DNA of 64,000 nucleotides from Tubulanus polymorphus (lineage: Eukaryota > Animalia > Nemertea), in contig NC_134031.1 in the NCBI RefSeq assembly GCF_964204645.1, positions 434,001 to 498,000 on the forward strand, read 5' to 3'. The notes beneath the pieces were generated by a model. That model was not told where the DNA came from. It did not search any database and was given only the letters and a program-made list of their open reading frames with translations. Made by a program: the position numbers and the translations under genes. Every line of letters begins with the position of its first letter. The stretch's first letter is position 1. This document shows positions 41,081 to 54,586 of this stretch, piece after piece.

Positions 41081-41439
41081 TTTTGGTCATTATACAGTGC
41101 ATATTGCATCAATAATTACTGCACTAAGCATACTACAGTAAACTCCTTACTCAGTACAAGTCAACGCAGTGAATTTTAGGCAGATTGTTTTGATTTGAAT
41201 TCTCTTTTGACGCGTTCGTTTCAACTAAAATACAAAATCAAAACCTGCCTTACTAAAATTCACTTCTATTTTCATGATTCTGAACTGTGTGAAATATTTA
41301 CAATGCTACAGAATAAGGTGCAGTTTACTATAGCTGAAATGCAGAAATGAATACACTGCGTTACAAAACACAGAAACAAAAACTAAAACACATTAAACAC
41401 TAAATAAATTTAACACAGATCTATCTCTTTACAACAGAG

Positions 41440-41836
41440 GAACCTTGCACTGAGAGTGGAGACTCATCAGATACATACAGTGGAACCTCGCACTGAGAGT
41501 CGGTCTCAACTGGTGGAGACTCATCAGATACATACAGTGGAACCTCGCACTGAGAGTCGGTCTCAACTGGTGGAGACTCATCAGATACATACAGCGGAAC
41601 CTCGTACTGAGAGTCAGTCTCAACTGGTGGAGACTCATCAGATATATACAGCGGAACCTCGCACTGAGAGTCAGTCTCAACTGGTGGAGACTCATCAGAT
41701 ACATACAGTGGAACCTCGCACTGAGAGTCAGTCTCAACTGGTGGAGACTCATCAGATACATACAGTGGAACCTCGCACTGAGAGTCTGTCTCAACTGGTG
41801 GAGACTCATCAGATACATACAGTGGAACCTCGCACT
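41440..41836. repeat. 57-bp minisatellite
   Basis: (gtggagactcatcagatacatacagtggaacctcgcactgagagtc..)n, ~7 copies. Confidence 0.93.
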
Positions 41837-43153
41837 ACAACGTTCTTCAGGAGAGTATGTTCATAACATACAATTTATCGTTATATCCAAACTACGATTG
41901 TCCGACTTCGGATGAAATTCTAGGTTTGTTACAACCGGTAAATCATAATATCTGAGAGGTCATTAAAAAGAAGTTTCACTGTAGATACAGAACTGTGAGT
42001 CTGGTCAATGATGAACGCGTTCCCCTACAACAACTACGGTAGTACCAGTAGTCTTCAGAGGTGCCAGTTGGGCAGTCATGACTTAGATTTAAAACCAATC
42101 TGAGACCACTTTAGTTTCATAGCCGATCTAACAACTTAAGACCAGTCTAAGACCAGTTTTTGCTCTGTATTGTTAAGCTAAACAACATTTAATTAACAAA
42201 TTAATTTGATCTTTACAAACAGTTTACAATTAAGAGACTTCTCATATATACCACAAACTATACCGGAGGGTACTACAAGAGGTAATGGTAAATTTATTCA
42301 TTATTCTATCAGGAATGATAATAACTATCATGCACGTGTAAAGTCTGATCGCTATATTAATATAGTATTATCATATAAAATAAAATAAACGTTTGTTTAT
42401 TCGGTTTGTACCCTGTGTTCTGGAATGATGTGACCTCTTAACAATTTAAACAGGGAATGAATATCAATGGGAGAGATGGTCGTTTCAATGTTTACCAAAC
42501 ACTGATCACCACAACCTCAAATAAACAAGGTCGCATTAAAATCTCAAAGGTTTATCAAATCACAGAGGAACAAAAAAAAACAGCAGCAAAAATATCAACT
42601 TTATTTAATACATATAAACACTGATATGTGTGTGGTTTACACGAGACACATTACTGTTAGTTTGACTCATTTCTAATACTTCAAAACTCACAAACTTCAC
42701 GAATATTCAGGATCCAGTTCCACAGTTGTGAGGTGAAATCAGTTGATTTTCAGGGGTAGATCCAGACAGGAGCAAGCAATCCCGGTTCAGGTCCAGACAG
42801 GAGCACAAGGAGCCTGCGCGCTCCCATCGCAATTCTCTAGTGCCATTTTGAATATACAATTGCAACATATTTCAAAGCATTTTTCCCACCCACAAATCAC
42901 GATTTAGCTTATATTTTCTGTAACTTTCTTTAAGTACCGAGAAATGGTATGAAAATGCACCAAATTTTTTAAAATTTCCAGACCCCTGTTTTGGCTCGGC
43001 GCTCGCTGTGCACGGATACTAGCCACTTTATGCCCAATTCATTTCTTTGTGCTCCTGTTAAAGTCTACCCCTGGAGTTGTCACTGATTCTCAATGTTTTA
43101 ACACTATAGATTCTAACCCAGAACTGTAGAACTGGATTCAGCTGTTGACACGA

Positions 43154-46100
43154 TTAGAGATTAGTTTGAGGGTCGGTATGTGAGAGAGGATCACTATGCG
43201 ACTGAGGGTCACTACGCGAGGGTGTTTGAGGGTCACTACACGAGGGTGACTGATCCGTTAAATCAATAACTCCATCCTCTTTATGAGATTGAGCGACCGC
43301 TATGTGTAAACACTGAACCCACTGTTCCGTATTTTTACCGTCTTTTCCTTTCAGGATATATTTCTGATCATCGTTTGTGAATATTTCGAAAGCTTTTGGA
43401 ATGTCTCGCGTTCCGTGTCGGATTGCTTTCACGCTCTGGATTTTACTCACAGGAAGAGTAGCTTTTCTCTGAAAATATAAAATCGTGACAAACTGTTTTA
43501 TACAGTAGATGATTGATAGACTCATCAACTTCTACAAATACTGGCGATCCAGTTCCACAGGTCTGACTCAGAACTGAGTAAAAATTTGAATCATTGAAAA
43601 TGAATTGATTTTAACTCGGAGTTAACGCTAACTCACAGCTGTGAAACTGGTTCTTGAGTTCAGAGTTAACTCTCATTCATAACTGTAGAACTGGGTCTTG
43701 AGTTCAGAGTGAACTCTAACTCACAACTGTGTAACTGGGTCCTGAGTTCAGAGTTAACGCTAACTCACAACAATGGAACTGGAACCTGAGTTCACAGTTA
43801 ACTCTAACTCACAACTGTGTAACTGATTCTTGAGTTCAGAGTTAACTCTAATTCATAACTGAAGAACTGGATCCTGAGTTCAGAGTTAACTCTAACTCAC
43901 AAGTGTGCAACTGACTCACAATATTGTGGAACCGGATCCTGGAGATTTGTTAGAGTCTACTGTAGGTGAATAGTGACAAACACATCTGAATTAAAAACTT
44001 ACTGAATCACTTTTACTGTACGTTATTTGAGCACCGGATAATGTGAAATATCGCGTTTTCCAACGTTTGAAAAAATTCCATCTTCCTTTTTTCTCCTTCA
44101 GTTGACCCTAAAATCAATAAAATAAACTATCCAGTGAGATTTACAGGAACAACACTTGTAATTCGTAATCTAAGGAGCAGCAGTAACCAACCTCGATGAC
44201 CGGAGCACCATCTTGCAGCAGATCTGAGAGTTTCTCAGGATCATCGCACGTAAAACAGCACCAAACTTTCAACGTAGCGTTAAACATAAACATATCGAAA
44301 AACCTCGCTCCGTGCAGTTCACGTAATAATAAATCCTGTTCCTAAAAATACAAAAACATACAAATCATATACTTATAACTACTGCTTGTATTCTTCTGTA
44401 TGCAGCAATGAATCTAATGTGATTGTATCAGATTATTGTGGTACCCAGTGCGGTAGAATATAAAATGTTTCCTACTCTAATTCACATGAAGCCCTGGCCC
44501 GGAATTCACTTGTTGCCCCGCAGAGAATACCGGGTATTCATTAGTAGAGTAAGATCCAATGCAGTCTATTGTGGAACTTTACCTTTTGAGAAGGGAATGC
44601 TGAGAAGACGAGTTGAGTGAATGTATCTAATCTCAGTTTATCCCAGGTTGATTTAATCAATGCTACAGTTGGATCGCTCTGACTCAGAGCGCAAGGAGAC
44701 TTTGCCTAAAATTAAATTACACTTATTACAGTTACATCGACAAATCAGGATCCAGTTCCACAGTTTTGACTCAAGGGTTAGAATTGGTTAATTTCAAATT
44801 TCTAAAATCTTGGAGTCATATTTAACGGAGAACTGCAGAACTGAGAATTATCATACTGCAACGCCATCTACCTGTTCAGAGAGAAACATGATATGTATCC
44901 AAGTTTTCGGCATTTTCGTTTTCACATAGAAATAATTTCCGCTGTACAAACAATGAGGACTGCAACCGCTACAGGAGAACTGTAAACACAATCTACGTTT
45001 CGACTTGCGTTCTGTACAGGAGATAAATAAATAAATCAATCGGTTTGAACTAAGATTGTATGTGTTGGATCTGAGTTAATGCAGTACAAACAGCAGCAGG
45101 ATCCAAATCAACAATGCAACTCATTGGTGATATCTTAAGTTTGTTTTGCTGACATTTATGAGATTTATCTAAATGCCATTTTCAGAAAAACAGTAATTAA
45201 AATTCATCAATGTTTCTCTGGAGCCAGTTCCACAGTTGTGAGTTAACTCAGAGTTAATGTAAGTTCATTTTCAATGAGTTAACTCAAGAGTTAAATCTTA
45301 ACTCGGAACAGTGGAACTGGACCCTGAAGTTGGGATTGAGATAATTCTGCAGCAGCACCTGCACCTGCAGCTGCAGCAGCACTAGCAGCAGCTTACCTTC
45401 AACTGAAGCCTTACACGGAATCGGTAATTTATGCGAAACGTTTCCGATATAAGATTTAATCTTATCTAAATGTTTATCACAGAAATGTTGAATTGAATCA
45501 CGAACTGGGAGGTTATTATTCTATAAAATATAAACAATACAGAATCAGAATAAATAACAATATTAATCTACGATCAATAACTGCTGTAAAACCTCACCTG
45601 TGTACCGCCGTTAGAATGAGGACTTTCAGATAAACTATCAGCGTATGTCGGAGACTCTGAGGGTGAACCGCTGCAAACAAAAAACATCACATAGAACCTT
45701 TATCAACTTACTCAAAACCAAGGCATCGTTTCATGAAAAAGTCTGGGTCCAAACGTCAACACTATGATTAACGCCTAAATTGATTTGATGAAATTAGAAG
45801 ATTTCGTCATGGTTTCATGGGATCTCTAAGTATCGAACTGTTTTGTGAGAATGTGCTCTGGTGGGTGAACTAACTAATAGTTCGTACTGCTACCTGGCTT
45901 TAGCTGTAGAGATACTGTCTAATAATACACCATCTTCTTCTATATCTGTTTGTACTGATATTGATTTCACTTCTTTACCTCCTGCAGAATCCCTGCATTA
46001 AATATAAACCACTGGTCAAATTTCATTAACACCAGACGCTAGGAATATTAACACTCAGCCAACACAAGCGAACATATGATGACATTAAGTGTAACTTACC

Positions 46101-49100
46101 CTTTACTGTTGATAAGATCTCTGATCTGACTGATAAGACTCGATGCCGATGAACTGTGTTGTTCATATTTCACTAATACACCGATGTGTCCAGTTACTAG
46201 ATCTGTGTACAGTTCACCGAGTGATTTGATTTCTTGTAACAGCAATGTAAGATTATTCAGATCAGCTTCTGCTAATTGTTCGACCAACCACAGTAAACAT
46301 TCTTCAGCTCTACACTGAAAACATAAAAAACATCCGAAAATCATTACTCTATTCATCAAAGAACTGGGGTAGAAATATAGAAGACTGCAAGCGCTTGACT
46401 CTGATCTACAGTTCACTGTTCTCATGGGACCAATCATATTCCCTGTGAGGCAGCAAGTGAATTTAGGGGCAGTCAGCACATGTATTGGAGTAGGAAATTC
46501 CAAAAATTTTCTCACATAGGGCACTTGTATAATCGGAGGCAATCAGCTCCGAGACAAGAGTACCACTGTATAGGATTTAACAAACAGATTTCTGGTAGCC
46601 AGGATCCAATCCTGAGTTGTGAGACAGAGTTAGAAATAACTCTGAACTCAGGATCCAGTTCCACAGTTGTGAGTTAGAGTTAATTCTGAACTCAGGATCC
46701 AGTTCCACAGTTGTGAGTTAGAGATAACTCTGAACTCAGGATCCAGTTCCACAGTTGTGAGTTAGAGTTAACTCTGAACTCAGGATCCAGTTCCACAGTT
46801 GTGAGTTAGAGTTAACTCACAAATCTTAACTCAGAACTGTGGAACTGTTAGCCTGATTATAAACTCACCTGATTACTCGATCCTACAGCTGAGATGAGTT
46901 TAATTACAGCTGGTAGAACAGTCGTCTGCTGACCAGCGATCGTTTTTAGTTTCGGTAAATACTCAATGAATGCCTCGATGTTTAACACAACGATATGTGT
47001 GAATATCTCTAATACTAAACCAGTGAATACTATATTAGACAATAACGTCATTAATACATCAACATGATTCACCAATAACTGAAAATATAATCAACATGAT
47101 TTACTATTAACTGAATATATAACAAACTTTATCAATATTTACACATTAATCTACAAATAAACAACAAATTTGGTGAGAAAAGTATTTCTACAATACAGTT
47201 TCGGATCCGACTTGTCTTGAGCGGAGTCTACTGTACCATCCAACTCAGATATCACTGTCAAGTCAAAAGAACGGACTTGAGCGGAGTCTACTGTATCATC
47301 CAACTCGGATATCACTCTCAAGTCAAAAGATCAGACTTGAGCGGAGTCTACTGTACCATCCAACTCAGATATCGCTCTCAAGTCAAAAGATCAGACTTGA
47401 GCGGAGTCTACTGTACCATCCAACTCAGATATCGCTCTCAAGTCAAAAGATCAGACTTGAGCAGAGTCTACTGTATCATCCAACTCAGATATCACTCTCA
47501 AGTCAAATGATCTGACTTGAGCGGAGTCTACTGTATCATCCAACTCAGATATCACTGTCAAGTCAAAAGAACGGACTTGAGCGGAGTCTACTGTATCATC
47601 CAACTCGGATATCACTCTCAAGTCAAAAGATCAGACTTGAGCGGAGTCTACAGTATCATCCAACTCAGATATCACTCTCAAGTCAAAAGATCAGACTTGA
47701 GCGGAGTCTACTGTATCATCCAACTCAGATATCACTCTCAAGTCAAAAGATCAGACTTGAGCGGAGTCTACTGTATCATCCAACTCGGATATCACTCTCA
47801 AGTCAAATGATCAGACTTGAGCGGAGTCTACTGTATCATCCAACTCGGATATCACTCTCAAGTCAAAAGATCAGACTTGAGCGGAGTCTACTGTACCATC
47901 CAACTCAGATATCACTCTCAAGTCAAAACATCTGACTTGAGCTGAGTCTACTGTATCATCCAACTCAGATATCACTCTCAAGTCAAAAGATCAGACTTGA
48001 GCGGAGTCTACTGTACCATCCAACTCAGATATCACTCTCAAGTCAAAAGATCCGACTTGAGCGGAGTCTACTGTATCATCCAACTCAGATATCACTGTCA
48101 AGTCAAAAGAACGGACTTGAGCGGAGTCTACTGTGTCATCCAACTCGGATATCACTCTCAAGTCAAAAGATCAGACTTGAGCGGAGTCTACAGTATCATC
48201 CAACTCAGATATCACTCTCAAGTCAAAAGATCAGACTTGAGCGGAGTCTACTGTATCATCCAACTCAGATATCACTCTCAAGTCAAAAGATCAGACTTGA
48301 GCGGAGTCTACTGTATCATCCAACTCGGATATCACTCTCAAGTCAAATGATCAGACTTGAGCGGAGTCTACTGTATCATCCAACTCAGATATCACTCTCA
48401 AGTCAAAACATCTGACTTGAGCTGAGTCTACTGTATCATCCAACTCAGATATCACTCTCAAGTCAAAAGATCAGACTTGAGCGGAGTCTACTGTACCATC
48501 CAACTCAGATATCACTCTCAAGTCAAAACATCTGACTTGAGCTGAGTCTACTGTATCATCCAACTCAGATATCACTCTCAAGTCAAAAGATCAGACTTGA
48601 GCGGAGTCTACTGTACCATCCAACTCAGATATCACTCTCAAGTCAAAAGATCCGACTTGTCTTGAGCGGAGTCTACTGTACCATCCAACTCAGATATCAC
48701 TCTCAAGTCAAAAGATCAGACTTGAGCGGAGTCTACTGTACCATCCAACTCAGATATCACTCTCAAGTCAAAAGATCAGACTTGAGCGGAGTCTACTGTA
48801 TCATCCAACTCAGATATCACTCTCAAGTCAAAACATCTGACTTGAGCTGAGTCTACTGTATCATCCAACTTAGATATCACTCTCAAGTCAATAGATCAGA
48901 CTTGAGCGGAGTCTACTGTACCATCCAACACAGATATCACTCTCAAGTTAAAAGTCAAAAGATCCGAATTGAGTGGAGTCTACTGTACCATCCAACTCAG
49001 ATATCACTCTCAAGTCAAAAGGTCAGACTTGAGCGGAGTCTACTGTATCATCCAACTTAGATATCACTCTCAAGTCAAAAGGTCAGACTTGAGCGGAGTC

Positions 49101-50894
49101 TACTGTACCATCCTACTCAGATATCACTCTCAAGTCAAAAGGTCAGACTTGAGCGGAGTCTACTGTATCATCCAACTCAGATATCACTCTCAAGTCAAAA
49201 GATCAGACTTGAGCGGAGTCTACTGTATCATCCAACTCAGATATCACTGTCAAGTCAAAAGATCTGACCTGACTGGAGTGGACTGGAGTGGCGTTCCAGT
49301 AAGGGATATGTGTACGTATTAACTTACATCAGGTGACTGTTTAGCTGCTAGTATGAAAGTGTTAATAAGAGCAGTTTTCTCAGCGATCTCCTCACATTTC
49401 GGCAATAATTCAATCAGTTTCGTAATTAAATCATTGATCGGTTGTTTATTCTCCGGATACAAATTCGGTAAAATGCGACATAAACTATGATTTCCTGAAA
49501 ATACAAAACAACCTGATTCAACTCTATAGAAACTCTAAGTTAACCGAGTTAACACTCATGGCTCAGTGACTTAGACTTAAGACCAGTCTGAGATCAACTT
49601 AGCTCTATAACTGATCTATCAACTCAAGATTAGTCTTAAGACTATTTAGGAGATAAGTCATGACTATGGAACCTGGCCCTGGTCCCAGTTGGGTCTTAAG
49701 TTGTAAGATTGACTACAGAAATAAGATGCTATATCAGACTGGTCCTGAGCCACTGATCCCAGAAATAGTTTAATAAACGACAGACTAACCGTTCAGAATA
49801 CTGTGTAGTATAATAGTTAACTGCGTTGCTAAGATATCATTGTTTTCAGTAGCGGCTAAAGTTAAATAACTGGTAACATGACGACACAGCTCAGTATTAT
49901 CATGCTGTAGGTATCTAACAGCGACCGGTAGAGCTAGTTCCATTACTGAATGTCGAGAATAATTCTACAAAATACAGTCAAAATAACCATTAGTACAGGA
50001 TTCACCTGATAGATGGCGTATGAGTGAAGACCATTGACGTACCTTCGGGAATATACAACTGAATAAATCACACGCGATTTTACCATGAGCCGGATCTTCA
50101 TCTTTATTCCTCGGATTTAGATTATAATTCAAACAACATTCTAATAATTTCACCAAAGCCGCGCAATGTTCATTAATCGTATCATTATCCCTGTAATCAA
50201 TCACAATCCACTGATTATACAATAAATCAGTAAAATAACTGAATCTAGTTGGAATCAGAAAGTTCCACAATTCAAGACCCAGTTCCACAGTTCTGGACTC
50301 AGTTCCACAGCTCCGGAACCAGTTCCACAGTTCTGGACTCAGTTCCACAGTTCCGGAACCAGTTCCACAGTTCTGGGCTCAGTTCCACAGTTCTGGATCT
50401 AGTTCCACAGTTCTGGATCCAGTTCCACAGTTCAGGACTCAGTTCCACAGTTCATGGAACCAGTTCCACAGTTCTGGACTCAGTTCCACAGTTCCGGAAC
50501 CAGTTCCACAGTTCTGGACTCAGTTCCACAGTTCCGGAACCAGTTCCACAGTTCTGGATCCAGTTTCACAGTTCTGGACCCAGTTCCACAGTTCATGGAA
50601 CCAGTTCCACAGTTCTGAATCTAGTTCCACAGTTAAGGATGGCGGGATCCCCTCACCTCGGCCGGGAGGTGTGTTCAATACTCACCTGATATTAGATGTT
50701 ACCCATGTAATACATATTTCCACCACTGATTGGTCGTTGTCATTAGTTTCATATTCGCTGCTATCAATGATTTCTTCAATTAAAACTAAAACTTCACCAA
50801 CATCTTGTAATAAATCAGTGTATTCAATAGAGAATATATCACCAGCTTTAGATAGGTCGCGATTCTTTAAAATATCTTCCAGCAGTTCATGCAT
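43154..50894 (-). CDS. VEPH1: Ventricular zone-expressed PH domain protein / melted homolog, ~14 coding exons
   Basis: N-terminus [38 protein letters not shown]; [12 protein letters not shown]; C-terminal PH domain IE|[47 protein letters not shown]. Confidence 0.95.
43545..43940. repeat. Family-A MITE with right end expanded into 44-bp tandem units (more diverged)
   Basis: gatccagttccacagg.. core, then (gagttcagagttaactctaactcacaactgtg.aactgg.tcct)n. Confidence 0.88.
46600..46848. repeat. 44-bp family-A satellite in a VEPH1 intron
   Basis: ~5 units followed by the right end aactcagaactgtggaactg. Confidence 0.9.
47205..49270. repeat. 60-bp satellite, ~34 copies, filling a VEPH1 intron
   Basis: (cttgagcggagtctactgtatcatccaactcagatatcactctcaagtcaaaagatcaga)n. 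Confidence 0.97.
50262..50633. repeat. ~20-bp family-A TIR-derived minisatellite in a VEPH1 intron
   Basis: (cagttccacagttctggact / ccggaac)n. Confidence 0.93.
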
Positions 50895-52695
50895 CTCTTA
50901 GTCAGTTGATCAATCACACAGCAGTAGTGTTCGGCATCACTCACAATAAATATCTGTAACAAAAACGAAATAGGAAAGTAAATCAGTAAGACAGATTACT
51001 TACTGTGAGATATCACATCGATCGATGGGCCTGTTGTTGTTATTGGCCGGGCAAGAAGGAGGGTAGTCAGTAACCTGTGTGTGGTTTAGTTTCACAATCG
51101 GATATTTTCACAAACCACATATATAAGCCCATCCGATTATAAAAAGCTTACCACCAACGATTAGGTAACTAACTATAGAGTAGAACTGGATAATTAGAGG
51201 AGTAGAGTAGAGTGATAATTCCCTGCGACCACCACGACGGCTGAGCTGCTGGAGTTGAGTGAGACCGGTTCCCAAACCTACATTCCTACAAACTCGTTTT
51301 ACTGAAGACTGAAAATCATCTAACGAAACAATAAAATCATGAATCACTTGAAATCCGGGTTTAACTTACATTTTACATCATTTTTAGTACGGCAGGGAAC
51401 TGTCACTTTATCAATTCAATCCACTTTATTGTGACAGAGAGCGCCGCCTATGATTTCGAGTCGGTGGTAATAAAGTATGAATTGAATTGGTAGTGGAACT
51501 CTCAACCACATAATTGTGATCTTATTCAATTATTATTGATGATCGATCGAAAAACGTTTGTATTTGATTTGAATTGGTAAGTATGGATCGGTCGAGAAAT
51601 GGGTAGCTCCGAGAATATCGAAATCAGGGCATCCATATCGCGACCGCGCTCCAACGGGGAATGTCGGGGCAGCGGCGCGCGGTGATCCGCGAGTCCTCAC
51701 TTCCGGTGTGGAGTCGTGACCCGCCATGTTGAAATTTGGTAAGTCTTGGAATTTTCCAGTTTTTTATCCTTGAATTATATCTATATATTAAGTTAACAGT
51801 TCGGTATAAACCCCGGAGATGCAGGCGATAAACGCCGTCTCTAAAACTGACCTGAGACCCGCCGCCAAACTATATTCGTATTTGTATAAGTCGTATTTGA
51901 AGTAGGTCACGTGTGTCGTCACGGTCCGGTGGGCCGCACCTCCTCGCCTTTGCAGCAGTGGACGTGTGAGGGAGAAAATGCCCGAATTATCCTACAATCA
52001 TTATTCAAACACATTTAGAACAAACTGTTGAATTAGTTACATGTGACCCTGATGCCTGCTTGTTCAAAACAAATATCAACAGCAAATGCTTGCAATCGAT
52101 CTGCTTTTTAGTTGTTGTTTCGAGGTCCTTCAACAACACACTAACAACAACAGTAACAGTAACAACAGCCAGTTGTGATGAATAAACTAAAACATTGTTA
52201 TAAGGGATCATTCATTTATTACGTACGCATGAAATATGACTCTTTCAACCCCTCTCCCCCTCTGTACGCGAAATCGAACATATATGCATAAAAAAGCATT
52301 ACATTACGCATCACACTTAACCCTCCCCGTATGCACACGTAATAAATGGATGGTCCCTCTCTGTTTACAGATTATATTTTGGTGAATATTACCAGTAATA
52401 ATTACAGTGACCTCTCCCGCCTTATCGTTACAGATACAAACAACAGATTTCATCAGTCGGTTTAATGATGTTAAAGATGGGTTCTTCATCAACAAATCAG
52501 TTGAAAACAACAATATAAACAACTGCCTCCCGTCACTGACTGTAACTCAGTTCAGTTCTATTGATCATCTTTTAGAAAAGGTTTGTCTCTCATTCATTCA
52601 ATCGTGTAACTGATATCTGTGAATAGTCTACAATCAACAGATACCACATTGAAATCTAATATTCTTTATTTCAGGTATAGTCAAGAGCAACGCTG

Positions 52696-53005
52696 TAGGA
52701 GCAGCAGAGCAGGAGTATCATAGGAGCATCAGGAGTATCATAGGAGCATCAGGAGTATTGTAGGAGCAGCAGAGCAGTAGTATCGTAGGAGCAGCAGTAG
52801 TATCGTAGGAGCAGCAGTAGTATCATAGGAGCAGCAGGAGTATCGTAGGAGCAGCAGTAGTATCCTAGGAGCAGCAGTAGTATCATAGGAGCAGCAGGAG
52901 TATCGTAGGAGCAGCAGGAGTATCGTAGGAGCAGCAGGAGTATCGAAGGAGCAGCAGGAGTGACATAGGAGCAGCAGGAGTATCGTAGGAGCACTGCAGG
53001 AGCAG
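52696..53005. repeat. ~21-bp minisatellite (ggagcagcaggagtatcgta-type)
   Basis: Direct degenerate tandem repeats. Confidence 0.9.
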
Positions 53006-53840
53006 CTGAATGAATCACAGAAGAGATAAGTAGTTTTAGAATTATGTCTTCATTCATACCACTTATTGATGGAGGAGTTGAAGATGTTCAGGATCAGAAT
53101 TCAGTTAATCTCCAAAAGGACTAAAACAAAATGTAGAATCATTATAACGGTTATTGAATTTGTCTCCAGCGAGTATCTGTATCCATCTTCAGCTCACTTC
53201 ACACACAGCTATAGATCAGAGTTCCTTACAGCGACCACTGAATCAACCTAATCATTACAACTGAAATAATGATAACACATTCTATATGAATACATATGAA
53301 GCACATCTGAAACCAAAGTGATAGAAAAATAGGAAGTTGTAAAATGTTTTCTGACGCAGTTTGATTTGTGTCAGATTGTAACTGTAGAAGTTTCACTCAT
53401 TGTTTCAGTCTAATAGAGATATAACTTATGTACATGTGACATTGACTGTGTAACACTGCAGTCATTTATTCACTTATTCCTCCTCAGTTTGAAGAATGTT
53501 TGTTCTCTCATCTTCATTAGTGATAAGAATCATTGCCATCCGTGTAACTACAACATTGTAACATTTCTACTTATTCAATCATAGAGGGAATGAGTTGTAT
53601 GAGGTTTGGGTATGGAATGGGGCAGGGTATGGTGTAGTTGACCGTTAGGGTAGGATATGGTAATGTGATGAGGTAAGGTCGGTTGGATGATGCAGGGTTA
53701 TTTGATGTGGTTGGATTCGATGATCAGTTTAATATAGAACTGTTTGGGTGTAAGTGATGTATGTGGTAGTGTACGGTGTGTATGTTCGGAGGGTGTATGA
53801 TAACGGATTGAAAGGTTGCTTGTAGAGGGCGGTACAGTAG

Positions 53841-54021
53841 CATTCTCACTCACCAGGCCTCGGGTCTCTTCCTGCGGACGCTCAAGTCGACACAAACGCC
53901 GACCCCAACTCTTAATTCATCGGTCTATTGAAATACAAGGAATTATTCAGCCAATGAAAGCGAAGGAATTATCCAGATGTGAGCTTCAGCAGAACGCAAC
54001 CAGACCCTGGCGAGTGAGGAT
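53841..54021. mobile_element. ~180-bp MITE-like insertion present only in the left arm
   Basis: Ends cattctcactcaccagg ... cctggcgagtgaggatg are inverted. The right arm reads through the site without it (gggcggtacag-gtgtgatgctgg). Confidence 0.75.
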
Positions 54022-54394
54022 GTGTAGTAGTGATACTGGTATGGTATGTGTAAAAGGTAGGGGGTGGTGTGTGTAGAGTGTTAAGGATAGTGTAAGTTTG
54101 GGTAATGTGGGGGCAGGATGTTTGGTGTTTCACTAGTAGCAGGGTTTTTACTGTTTTGAATGGGGCCACAGTAAAATGTTTTGAACAATGATGAGTGATG
54201 CTCCTGATGCTCTCACTCATCAGGAGACAGTACTGAAGTACGGCTCATATGGCAGAGGTTAATACTGATGCATCTTCCCCCACCCCCCCGCAACTTCTTT
54301 AGATAGTTAGATATAGTTTCTGTCTGATATGTCGGGAAATGGTGACACGGATGGTGATAGGACAGTACAGGGCTGATGTTGGGGTAGGTCCAGA

Positions 54395-54586
54395 CCGGTG
54401 GACCGGTCCAGAGTTGGAGTTGGGATACAGTACGAGCCCATGTAGAAAGTGGACCGGTCCAGAGTTGGTGTTGGGATGAAGTACGAGCCCGTGTAGAAAG
54501 TGGACCGGTCCAGAGTTGGTGTTGGGATACAGTACGAGCCCGTTAAGAAGGTGGACCGGTCCAGAGTTGGAGTTGGGATACAGTAC
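54395..54586. repeat. 51-bp tandem repeat (~3.7 copies) containing the palindrome ggaccggtcc
   Basis: gtggaccggtccagagttgg(a/t)gttgggatacagtacgagccc.. repeated. Confidence 0.9.

Noticed and set aside
47205-49270. CRISPR-like regular array or repeat-protein ORFs
   Set aside because: Head-to-tail units with no unique spacers, no cas genes, inside a eukaryotic intron.
51715-51770. Spliced-leader RNA gene
   Set aside because: A donor is present but there is no canonical Sm site (AU4-6G) downstream; an ordinary first exon fits better.
52455-52545. Box C/D snoRNA (ATGATGT..CTGA)
   Set aside because: Imperfect C box, and the would-be guide tgcctcccgtca does not match eukaryotic 18S exactly.
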